DNA of 63,646 bases, filler included, from Octopus bimaculoides (Eukaryota), in the NCBI RefSeq assembly GCF_001194135.2. It is 6 parts of 6 records of this genome, joined end to end, with 100 filler letters (N's around TTAATTAATTAA, not from the genome) between each part and the next. Parts side by side here need not be neighbours in the genome. Positions count along the whole stretch, not along the records: positions 1 to 21,397 come from NC_069007.1; 5 more parts are not named here. One strand, written 5' to 3'. Under the pieces are notes generated by a model. It searched no databases. It was not told the origin of the DNA and saw only the letters and a list, made by a program, of their open reading frames with translations. A program made the position numbers and the translations under genes. Within the stretch, counting starts at the first letter, position 1. Every line of letters begins with the position of its first letter. This document shows, piece after piece, positions 12,072-21,497 of the stretch.

Positions 12072-12446
12072 TCTAGGGGTGGTGTCGACGAACATGACTC
12101 TCTGGTATTTGTGGCTATCATACCATGAGTTGGCCTTCCCTATTTTCTTCTTAATCCTTTCAGTGGCGTTCCATGATTTGCTCCTATAGAGTGGGCAAAT
12201 CCCATTCCTATCGTTACGTTTGATGGTTTCAAATTTCTTCATAGCTCCTTTGTATACTCTGATCCTTTCTTTATGGCTGTAACCTGAGAACTGCATGCGG
12301 TGAACGAAATGTTGTATATGTCTCTTTAACTCTGTAGAGTCGCACATGTGGGACACATTTCGAATTACTCTGACGAAGTCTGCCATCAATATATTGAATT
12401 TGGCATTGTCCGCGATGGCTGAGTTCCGGTGGATCAGGTATTTGAA
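12072..12446 (-). mobile_element. Penelope-like retroelement ORF fragment (RT thumb/linker), uninterrupted for about 125 codons
   Basis: FKYLIHRNSAIADNAKFNILMADFVRVIRNVS...RMQFSGYS...PLYRSKSW...WY...VMFVDTTP resembles the RMQYSGY / PLYRP / WY / VIFVPATP pattern of GIY-YIG Penelope-like elements (from recall, not a database search). Confidence 0.7.
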
Positions 12447-12613
12447 GGCCATAGAATACGTGTGATCACAAAAACACAAATGCCCCAACTTGCAAAATAA
12501 ATACAGCAACATCACTCAACACACTACCTGATGAAGGTCACTACTAGCTCTCACTGCACATGCAACTGTATGCTGCCATCTGTTGGCGTGCTATAGAACT
12601 AATTTGGGAACTT
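12447..12613 (-). mobile_element. Isolated mariner 5' end (same family as 2237 and 14870)
   Basis: GTGATCACAAAAACACAAAT...CTCTCACTGCACATGCAACTGTATGCTGCCATCTGTTGGCGTGCTATAGAACTA matches 15570-15715. Confidence 0.85.
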
Positions 12614-13675
12614 CTTGTCCAAAGCCTTGTGAGTGAATTTGACAGGCGGAAGTTCTGGTGTGTGTGTGTGTGAGAGAGTGCTTGTACTTCCTGTGATAGA
12701 CAGGACATATATTATAATTGTACTGGTTATAATAAAAGCATCCAGTCCAATCTGTAAAGTGGTTGCCATTAGGAAAGGAATCCAACCATAAAAACCATGC
12801 CAGAGAACACATTGCTGGTGCCACGTGAAAATCACCCAGTACACAGCTATAGAGACCATGTCAAAACTGACTTGGAGCCCAGGCAGCTCTTCAGCTGCCT
12901 ACCTTCTGCCAAACCATCCAATCCTTGCCAGCATGGAAAACAGACGTTAATGATGATGATGATGATGATGATGCTCTTTTAAGCTTTTACTTGTTTCAGT
13001 CATTAGACTGTGGCCATGCTGGGGCACCACCTTCAAGAATTTTTAGTCAAATGTATTGACCCAAGTACTTATTTTTTTTAAAGCCTGGTATTTATTCTCT
13101 CAGTCTCTTTTGCTGAACTGCCAAGTTACAGGGACGTAAACTCACAAACAGTAGTTGTCAAGCANNNNNNNNNNAGTTTTTTGTTCTGTGTGTATCAAAA
13201 ATATCGCTATCAATCTGGAGTAATAATTTGTAGTTTTGAAATCAGTAGTTCTTTGACTGCTATTTCTGAATTCTCAGTATGTTGGAGAAGCAGGTTACTG
13301 TCAATCCCTATATATTTATGATTATAAATTATTTACCGAAGAAGGTTTTTTTCATACTGAACTGCCAAGTTACAGGGACGTAAACTCACAAACAGTAGTT
13401 GTCAAGCAGTGGGAGGGGGCCAGACACGCACACACACACATACATGCATATGATGGGCTTCTTTCAGTTTCCATCTACCAAATCCACTCACAGAGGTTTG
13501 GTTGGCCAAGGTTATAATAGAAGATACTTCCCCAAAGTGCCTCGCAGTGGGACTGAACCCAGAATCATGTGGTTGAGAAGCAAACTTCTAACCACAATGG
13601 TTTTTTATGTAGACATTATCTCTGGATCATTAAACACTTTATTTTATTTTGTTTTTCCTCTCTGTCTTTCTCCAG

Positions 13676-13838
13676 GCTATAGAATGTGTACAAACATGGA
13701 AGAATCTTCATGGCTATAATTTAATATCCTGTCCCTGTACATGTGTTGGACATAGAGATGATGTCTTAGTGACTGGCGGCGAAGATGGCAAAATTTGTGT
13801 ATTAAACTTAGAGAAGAAAAATATCACCAAATGTATTG
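13676..13838 (+). CDS. NUP43: Nup43 coding exon 4
   Basis: Long polypyrimidine tract and TCCAG|, frame AIECVQTWKNLH...CPCTCVGHRDDVLVTGGEDGKICVLNLEKKNITKCI, donor G|GTAAGT. 163 nt, phase 0-1. Confidence 0.93.
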
Positions 13839-14039
13839 GTAAGTCTAGCTCAGCGTGTGTGTGTGTGTGTGTCTTTGTACTTTTATTTTTTGCTTTTTTT
13901 TTTAGTATCATTATCATCATTGTATAGACATCATTGTGCTTTTTTCTTAGTCTATTTTTCATTTCTGTCTGTCTTCCATGTGTCTATTGTTGTTTTATTT
14001 ACTAGCACTTTTCGAGTATTTGCGCCTCCTGGAGGCAGT

Positions 14040-14478
14040 GTGGTTGGTGCCAGTGTTGTGTAACCAGCACTTGTGCCAGTGACACGTAATAAGCACCTTT
14101 TGAGCATTGGGTTTCATGGAGGCAATGTGGCTGATGCTGGTATCGCGTGACTAGCACTTGTGCCGGTGGCGTGTAGAAAGCACCTTTTGAGCGTTGTGCT
14201 TCATGGAGGCAATGATAAATGACAGACCTTTGGCAATATGCCGTGCTTGACCAGAAGACCCATCAAGCCAAGTGACATCGTAGTCGTGGCAGATACTGGT
14301 GTCATGCCACTGGTATGTAAAAGCATCCATTATACTCTCAGAATGGTTGGCATTAGGAAGGGCATCCAACCATAGGAACCCTGCCAAATCAGACTCGATT
14401 CTGGTGCAGCCCCTCAGCTTTACAGCCCTGGTCAAACCGTCCAACACATGCCAGCATGGATAACAGACGTTAAATGAC
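14040..14478 (+). mobile_element. RTE LINE 3' end
   Basis: GGCAATGATAAATGACAGACCTTTGGCAAT, GGAAGGGCATCCA and CATGCCAGCATGGATAACAGACGTTAAATGA terminus. Other copies at 12770-12972(+), 55045-55330(-) and 57090-57362(+). Confidence 0.75.
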
Positions 14479-14556
14479 CAAGGATGATTAAGCTAGTATT
14501 TGGAACATAAATTAACATGAAGTTTTGATGGAATATTTTAATTTAGATCACTTTCA

Positions 14557-14768
14557 CCCTTTAGCATTCAAAGGGGCCATATTCGCCTCAAATCTTCTCC
14601 CTGTTTTATGTTGAAACTGGAAGAACCAGCTTCTCACACCTACCCTACATTCTAAAGGTAAACTGTCACATCATTGAAACCTCAAAGCTGTGAGATTAAT
14701 GCAGGATTAATTGAAAACTGTAAATAAGTAAGCATTACATTTGACAGGATAATCTGAATGCTAAAGGG
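14557..14768. mobile_element. piggyBac-like MITE
   Basis: TIRs CCCTTTAGCATT / AATGCTAAAGGG with degenerate TTAA-like flanks. Confidence 0.75.
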
Positions 14769-14869
14769 TTTGTTTAATCATGAAGTTTGTTATCATTGAA
14801 CAAGGGTGGTCGCAACTGGGTTGGCATGGAAACAGCAATCCGTTTTGTTACCATATTTCTGTTGAAATA

Positions 14870-15740
14870 CGAGGTAGCATCAAAAAGTTCCTGGACTAGT
14901 TATGTTTAATAAAAAATAAACTTATTTAACATTATCTCCTTCGAAATAGTCACCTTGTGCAGCAATACACTGGTCCCAGCGTTCCTGCCACTTTTAGAAT
15001 CCGGCCTGGAAGTCTTTTTCTGTAAGGGAGTTGAAGACTTTCTGTAATTTTTCTCTGGATCTCGACAGTGGTATTAAAATGGCAACCTTTGTGCTGTACT
15101 TGGGGAAGTAGATGGAAGTCCATAGGTGCTAAATCTGGTGAATAAGGCAGATGTGGAACCGATACCATGTTTTTGGCGAGAAACTCATGAGTAAGGAGAG
15201 CACGGTGACGGTGCATTGTGGTCTTGAAGAATCCAATTCTTCAGGTTCCTCAGATCCAGTTGCTTTCGTCAAACACTTCAAAACATTGCAGTAGAAATCT
15301 TGATTGGCAGTCTGGCCCAGAGGGATGAATTCTCGATGCACAATACCACATTTCTGGGGGCGGCACTCGTAGCATGCTTTCTAGATTGCTCAGCATCGTC
15401 CAAGGATGTTCTTCTACTTTTGAAGTGCCTATGCCACTTGAAACATTGCATACGACCCATTGCCTCGTTGCCATAAGCTTGCCAATGCATGCTCAGTGTT
15501 TCTGTAACAGACTTGCCAAGTTTGATGCATAATTTCCTGTCCATGACAACTGCAGACTATAGCATACATGAGATCACAAAAACACAAATTTCCCAACTTG
15601 TGAAGTAAACACAGTCAGTGATGTCACTTGGCACACTGCCTCATGAAGGCCGCTGCTAGCTCTCACTGCACGTGCAACTGTATGCTGCCATCTGTTGGGG
15701 TGCTATAGAACTAGTCAGGGAACTTTTTGATACCACCTCC
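14870..15740 (-). mobile_element. Internally deleted mariner transposon in Nup43 intron 4
   Basis: TA|CGAGGTAGCATCAAAAAGTTCC ... GGAACTTTTTGATACCACCTCC|TA. Fragments CIKLGKSVTETLSM..QAYGNEAM and VPHLPYSPDLAPMDF. Confidence 0.92.
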
Positions 15741-15981
15741 TACACTGCCGTTGTTTCCATTAATTTTCAAAGAAATGACAAATTTAGTAAACGAATATTG
15801 TCTTTATTTAGCTGAGTTTTGGAACGTAGAAGGTTTAAATTTGGATCACTTCAAGCAAGAATTGTTTTATCATAGAACCAAGGGCTTTGTCAGATGGGGT
15901 TGTTGCAAAATGTTAAGATGCTAGGATAAATGTCATGCGACTGAGGATATATTTTTTCCATTGATTCCTCTTTTGTTTCAG

Positions 15982-16117
15982 ACAAAGCAGATAGCTGCAC
16001 CATTAACAGTATCACATTCCTGCGACAGAACGAAATCCTTATCACAAATTCCACAGGACAGTTGAAGATTTTCGACTTGCGAGCCAATCCCTCGGAAACT
16101 CCACAGACATTGTTTCT
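15982..16117 (+). CDS. NUP43: Nup43 coding exon 5
   Basis: Acceptor GTTTCAG|, frame (D)KADSCTINSITFLRQNEILITNSTGQLKIFDLRANPSETPQTLF(L), a WD repeat. Weak donor CT|GTAAAA. 136 nt, phase 1-2. Confidence 0.92.
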
Positions 16118-16467
16118 GTAAAATTTCATTTTTTTAAATTTCATTTTTATTGAATTTGTTTGTGTATTTTTGTTGCTATTTGGAGCCCAGTTGTCTTTGA
16201 CCCAAGACAACCATGGAATTAGACAATTGGGTGGATGTAGCTGTTTGGGTGCTGATAGGACATTCAGCCCTTTTTTTGGTGCTGGAGGTACATACATGAA
16301 AGCACAAAATTGTACACCTACAGATAGAATGAGAGTGATACTACCAATGTTGATTTTGCCTTTCATCCTTTCAGGGTGGATAAAGTACCAGTTGACTATT
16401 GGAGTTAATGTAATTAACTAACCTGTTCCCCCAAATTTTCAGGCCTTGTGCCTATAGTACAAAAAAT

Positions 16468-16890
16468 TATGTGTATGGATGAAGACAGTTGTGTAAATAA
16501 GTGCTGATCTCTAATTGTGGAAGGAACCTGTGGAAGAGGTAGACCCAGGAAGACATGGGATGAGGTGGTGAAGCATGATCTTTGAATGTTAGACCTCATG
16601 AAGACGATGACAAGTGACTGACACCTTTGGCAGTATGTTGTGCTTAAGACTCGTCAAGCCAAGTGGAATTGTAATTGTGGCCATTGTTGGTGTCATGTAA
16701 ATGTCACTCGTGCCAGTGGCACATAAATAGCACCCATTACACTCTTGGAGTGGTTGGTGTTGGGAAGGGTGTCCAGCCATGGAAACCTTGCCAAATCAGA
16801 CTGGAACCTGGTGCAGCTCTCCAGCTTATCAATTCCAGTCAAACTGTGTAATCCATACCAGCATGGAGAGCGCATGTTAAATGGTGATGA
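16468..16890 (+). mobile_element. RTE LINE 3' end
   Basis: MDEDSCV...VEGTCGRGRPRKTWDEVVKHDL (RTE C-terminal GRPRKTW motif), 3' UTR and (TGA)n tail. Confidence 0.85.
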
Positions 16891-17165
16891 TGATGGTAGA
16901 AAGAGAAAGAGAGATATTACAATATATTAACCCTTTCTGTGCCGGCAGGGTTGGAATTACACAAAAGGCCGTTGGAGTGTCGAAGGACCCCCTTTTATTT
17001 TTGCACATTTCTGCACTATCCATAATGTAATATTTGTTTGATCTTGTATATATGTGTGAGTACATGATACAGAACAAGAAATTTAGAACTTTATAGGTAT
17101 ATATTTGTAATTATTAGCGTTTAATGGCAGGAAATTAAAATATAGTTTGTTGGCTAGTTTATTGA

Positions 17166-17549
17166 CTATGGCGTAGTGGTTAAGAGTGCAGGCTACTAAA
17201 CTCTGTTAAGTGGTTGGCATCCAGCTGTTTGAAAACCATGCCAAAACTGACCTTGCCTTTGTGGGTGCCATGTAAAAAGCACTCTGCAGGGTAGTTGGTG
17301 TTAGGAAGGGCATCCAGCTATAAAAAAAAAACCCCTTCTAAAACTGACCCCAAGATTCTGAGTTCGATTCCAAGCAGTGACCTGAACACTAACAATAATA
17401 ATAACATCGAAAAATACCTTAGGAATGAGAACCCAGGTTCAAAATTTCCCCAAGACACCTGAAGAAGGCTGGAGGGTATATCAGCCAAAACATTGTGTTA
17501 ACAACAAACAAGATGAGGACAAATATCCGTCGAATGTAAATAATGTAAA
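17166..17549 (+). mobile_element. tRNA-headed SINE with hammerhead-bearing tail, interrupted by an RTE-UTR insert at about 17200-17347
   Basis: A box TGGCGTAGTGG (17169), B box GAGTTCGATTCC (17360), (AAT)n linker, then body AACATCGAAAAATACCTTAGGAATGAG..., which recurs at 32335-32443. Confidence 0.75.
17454..17499 (+). ncRNA. Degenerate minimal type I hammerhead ribozyme (Penelope-type)
   Basis: GACAC-CTGAAGA-A-GGCTG(gagggtatat)CAGCC-AAAAC-ATT-GTGTT. Stems I and II pair. Two G>A changes at CpG positions break G12 and the GUH site; the second copy keeps AACGTTGTGTT (32387-32397). Confidence 0.65.
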
Positions 17550-18437
17550 TCATGTTAAGTTAGTTTGGTTGTGCCACTTAGGGGGGCAGTGGGCATAACA
17601 ACTACTTAAAAGGATGGGGTCACTACAAGAAAAAGAAGTTATGAACCACTGATTGACACCATTTCTCTATCTGTCTTGAAAACTTGCAGAAAGACTACAA
17701 AAATGTTGTGGGCCTTACCCTCCCTTATTTGGTTAAACTATCTATAGAAAGAAGCATGCCTCTTGCCACATGGTTGGCTGAAGTGGATTGAGTACCTACA
17801 TTAATAATGATTTCAAATTGTTGCTCAGAGTCAGCAGTTTTTGAGGGGAGGGATAAGTCAATTACATTAATCCCAAGACTGGACTGGACTGGACTTGTAC
17901 TTATTTCTTCATTCATAAGGCTTTGGTTGTCCTGGGGTTATAGTAGAGGACACTTGCCCAATGTGCCATACAATGGGACTGAACCCAACCATATAACTGG
18001 GAAGCACACTTCTTATTACATGTGTGTATGTGCACGTGGTTGTGTGTTCCTCCTTGACATTGCATGCTTATTGTAAACAAAGTCATTGTTCACGCAAAAA
18101 TTGGTGTCAGTTGTTTGTAGTCTTCTGTGAAAACATGTCTGGCTGTGTTAGAAAGACTAAAAAAAATATTACCTTGCCTGGAAATCGGGTAATGGTGGGT
18201 GACAGGAAGAGCATCCAGCAACAGAAAATCTTCTTTGACAAATTTTGTCTGACTCCTGCAAGTGTAGAAAGTGAATGGTGAAATAATGCCGTGACTGATT
18301 GCCCAGTCAAATTGTTGGTCAGCTGAGATTGAACTATTGTATGGTCAGTGGCTTTCCTGTCGTGACCACCTCCTCTGTAAAGATTACGTAGAATCTCCTT
18401 ATCTAATGTGTCTTTTTCGCTTTCTATATTTCGACAG

Positions 18438-18589
18438 GTCTGGAGAGCATGTGTCTTTGATGTGTGCAGCGAAACATCCGAGCCAACAGTATCTTGTTGC
18501 CACGGGTACAGTTGATGGCAGTCTTTGTCTCTGGGATCTCAGGCAGAAAACAAACCCAGTCACATTGCTTGGAGGTCACACAGGACCAT
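18438..18589 (+). CDS. NUP43: Nup43 coding exon 6
   Basis: Acceptor CGACAG|, frame (L)SGEHVSLMCAAKHPSQQYLVATGTVDGSLCLWDLRQKTNPVTLLGGHTGP, donor T|GTAAGT. 152 nt, phase 2-1. Confidence 0.93.
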
Positions 18590-18719
18590 GTAAGTTATGT
18601 TTGGCACTTGCTGGTATCTTTCACAAGAGGTAGTTAACCCTTTACCTGTCCAAAGCATTTTCAAAAGTTTGTCCTAAACGCCCATGCTTGTTGTTAGACA
18701 TTTAGTTAGCCCTTGTTTC

Positions 18720-19330
18720 ATCATCATCATCATCATCATTTAACGTCCGCTTTCCATGCTAGCATGGGTTGGACAATTTGACTGAGGACTGGCGAACCAG
18801 ATGGCTGCACCAGGCTCCAATCTGATCTGGCAGAGTTTCTACAGTTGGATGGCCTGGGTGCTTTTACGTGCCACTGGCACGAAGGCCAGACAGGCGGTAC
18901 TGGCAACAGCCACGCTCAAAATGGTGTTTTTTTATGTGCCACCTGCACAGGAGCCANNNNNNNNNNATTTGACTGAGGACTGGCGAACCAGATGGCTGCA
19001 CCAGGCTCCAATCTGATCTGGCAGAGTTTCTACAGTTGGATGGCCTGGGTGCTTTTACGTGCCACTGGCACGAAGGCCAGACAGGCGGTACTGGCAACAG
19101 CCACGCTCAAAATGGTGTTTTTTTATGTGCCACCTGCACAGGAGCCAGTCCAGCGGCACTGGCAATGACCTCGCTTGAATGTTTTTTCACGTGCCAGTAA
19201 GGCGACTTGGGTAACGATCACGCTCAAATGGTGCTATTTACGTGCCAAGGGCACGGAAGCCAGACAGCTGCTCTGGCAACAATCACGCTTGGACGGTGCT
19301 GTTAGCGCTCCACTGGCACAGGTGCCAGAC
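18720..19330 (-). mobile_element. RTE 3' UTR-type element
   Basis: (CAT)n-TTAACGTCCGCTTTCCATGCTAGCATGGG terminus. About 180 nt is duplicated across the 10-N gap at 18957 (assembly overlap). Confidence 0.85.
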
Positions 19331-19401
19331 ATCGAATTTGGTGGATCCTTGTTCACTTGTATGTTGCTGTTGGCACTGTAATGTTCTTGTTACTATTACT
19401 A

Positions 19402-19665
19402 TGTTGTGGTGGTATTCCACATCTTATCTTTGACTCGTCTATTGTGCTATTGCTAATAGCTCCGCAAGACGATGGTTTTGTAATGTTTACCTTGACAGTA
19501 ACTTGAACTCGTACATATCACATCACTGACACTGACTCCAACTAAGAACTCATACGACTCTACTACTACTACTGACTTCCTACAGTGACTGACTGTCTGG
19601 CTTTATAGTGGTTGTGTCATACCACTTTGTCATGTGGGAAGCAGTGTACCATTTTCACTACAACA
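19402..19665 (-). mobile_element. Short LTR (264 bp), probably Gypsy-like
   Basis: TG...CA ends with 10-bp terminal inverted repeats TGTTGTGGTG / CACTACAACA and a TATA-like CTATAAAG on the minus strand. No clear TSD. Confidence 0.55.
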
Positions 19666-20009
19666 CATGTTCTAAGTAATATTAAGCTTTCCTTTCATAA
19701 GTTCCAAGTTATTCTGGTGGTTGATAAAAATTGGGAGTGTGTATCATATATGATGCATGGACGCCAGAGAAACAGATACATCCTGGAGAGGTATAGAGTT
19801 AAGAATTTATATTTAGAAGAGGCAGTTTAATGTGACATCACTAAGTCATGTTATACAAAATATATATCTTTATATTGAGCCTATCTGTGACTGGGTGATG
19901 TAAGAAGAGGAAAACATTGTCACACTTACATCAACAACTTGATTGCAGACACAATGTATTCAGGATCTCGAAGCAAGTGGAATTTGTTGTTGCAGCCCGG
20001 GTCAGAACC

Positions 20010-20421
20010 CTGCCAGAGCACCAGCTGTCTGGCTTTCGTGCCGGTGGCACGTAAATAGCACCATTTGAGCGTGACCGTTACCAACGTTGTCTTCCTGGCA
20101 CATGAAAAGACATTCGAGCGAGTTCGTTGCCAGTGCCGCTGGACTGGATCCTGTGCAGGTGGCACGTAAAATACACCATTTTGAGCATGGCCGTTGCCAG
20201 TACCTCCTGACTGGCTTCGTGCCNNNNNNNNNNNNNNNNNNGTGGCACATAAAAGCACCCACTACACTCTCGGAGTGGTTGGCGTTAGGAAGGGCATCCA
20301 GCTGTAGAAACTCTGCCAGATCAGATTGGAGCCTGGTGTAGCCATCCAGTTCACCAGTCCTCAGTCAAATCATCCAACCCATGCTAGCATGGAAAGCGGA
20401 TGTTAAACGATGATGATGATG
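20010..20421 (+). mobile_element. RTE 3' UTR-type element, inverted relative to 18720-19330
   Basis: Reverse-complement match to 18720-19290; (GAT)n tail. Confidence 0.85.
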
Positions 20422-20785
20422 ATATATATGTATGTGTGTGTGTATATGTTTGTGTCTGTTTTTTTTTGTTCCTCAACATCGCTTGACAACCAATGCTGGT
20501 GTGTGTTACGTTCCCATTGCCTAGCGGTTCTGCAAAAGCGACCGATAGAATAAGTACTAGGCTTACAAAGAATAAGTCCTGGGGTCGATTTCTTCGACTA
20601 AAGGCGGTGCTCCAGCATGGCCATAGTCAAATGGCTGAATCAAGTAAAAGAGAAAGAGAGTATTTACATGCTATCTTGTATAGCTTTATCTGCTACAAGA
20701 CTCACCATTCCAAAAATGATCATTTTGATTTTGTTTTAATTTCTTTAACAGTAACTCATCCCCGATGTTTTGTTTTCTGTTTCAG

Positions 20786-20926
20786 TGTGGGAAGTGAAAT
20801 TCCACTCTGCCTATCCCAACCATTTATTCACCTGCTCTGAAGACGGTTCCTTGTGGCATTGGGATAATTCAACTGCTGCTTCGTCTTTCCCTTACTTGGT
20901 GTCTCCTTCGGTGAAGCCCTCTCTTG
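20786..20926 (+). CDS. NUP43: Nup43 coding exon 7 (gene incomplete at the 3' end)
   Basis: Acceptor TTTCAG|, frame (L)WEVKFHSAYPNHLFTCSEDGSLWHWDNST..., matching WEVHFHPxNPxHLFTCSEDGSLWHWD. Probable donor G|GTAACA at 20927, but earlier GT sites exist so the 3' boundary is less certain. No terminal exon found. Confidence 0.88.
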
Positions 20927-21397
20927 GTAACAAGCTTTTGTTTTATCTCAGTTTTTTGTAATGTGTGAATTAACTTCATTTTATGTTTGCTTTCCTATGC
21001 TGGCCTGGGTTGGACTGCTTGCCACAGATCATGTGTGTGTGTGTGTGTGTAATATATAGGTGCAAGCATGGCTGTGTGGTTAAGAAGTTTGCTTTGCTGC
21101 CAAATAATTTTGGGTTCAGTCTCACTGTGTGGTACCTTGAGCAAGTTTCTTCTACTATATCCTTGGATTGACCAAAGCCTTGTGAGTGGATTTGCTAGAC
21201 AGAAATGGGAAGAAACCTCTCTCTGTATAATATATATATATATATATATATATTGTTGTACTTGGGGATGGTCATATTGCCAGTTTAACCAATAAAAACA
21301 CACGCACTGTATAATTGGTGTTAATTTGCTTCAGCTTTATATTACATTACATTAATCCTATTTCGGCCAGAGTTCTTTCGTCACACTTCTGTGACCT

Positions 21398-21497
21398 NNN
21401 NNNNNNNNNNNNNNNNNNNNNNNNNNNNNNNNNNNNNNNNNTTAATTAATTAANNNNNNNNNNNNNNNNNNNNNNNNNNNNNNNNNNNNNNNNNNNN
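21398..21497. other. Synthetic scaffold-join linker (44 N + TTAATTAATTAA + 44 N)
   Basis: Identical 100-nt construct also at 40102-40201, 46933-47032, 54014-54113 and 62307-62406. The 12-mer has stops in all six frames. Confidence 0.95.

Larger units (their letters stand above)
18638..19798. mobile_element. piggyBac-like MITE split by nested insertions
   Basis: TTAA|CCCTTTACCTGTCCA ... TGGAGAGGTATAGAG|TTAA (12/15 TIR match). An uninterrupted partial homologue lies at 38614-38788. Confidence 0.8.

Noticed and set aside
17166-17385. tRNA gene candidates (also 4141-4215 and 44062-44135)
   Set aside because: A and B boxes are present, but there is no closed acceptor stem and the heads run into SINE bodies, so they are SINE heads.
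17690-17790. Possible cryptic or poison exon in Nup43 intron 5 (TTGCAG|KDYKNVVGLTLPYLVK...EVD*)
   Set aside because: No credible donor site; a chance-level signal without RNA data.
21442-21453. TTAATTAATTAA palindrome recurring five times inside N runs
   Set aside because: Always centred in exactly 44 N + 12 + 44 N; a synthetic six-frame-stop join marker, not biology.
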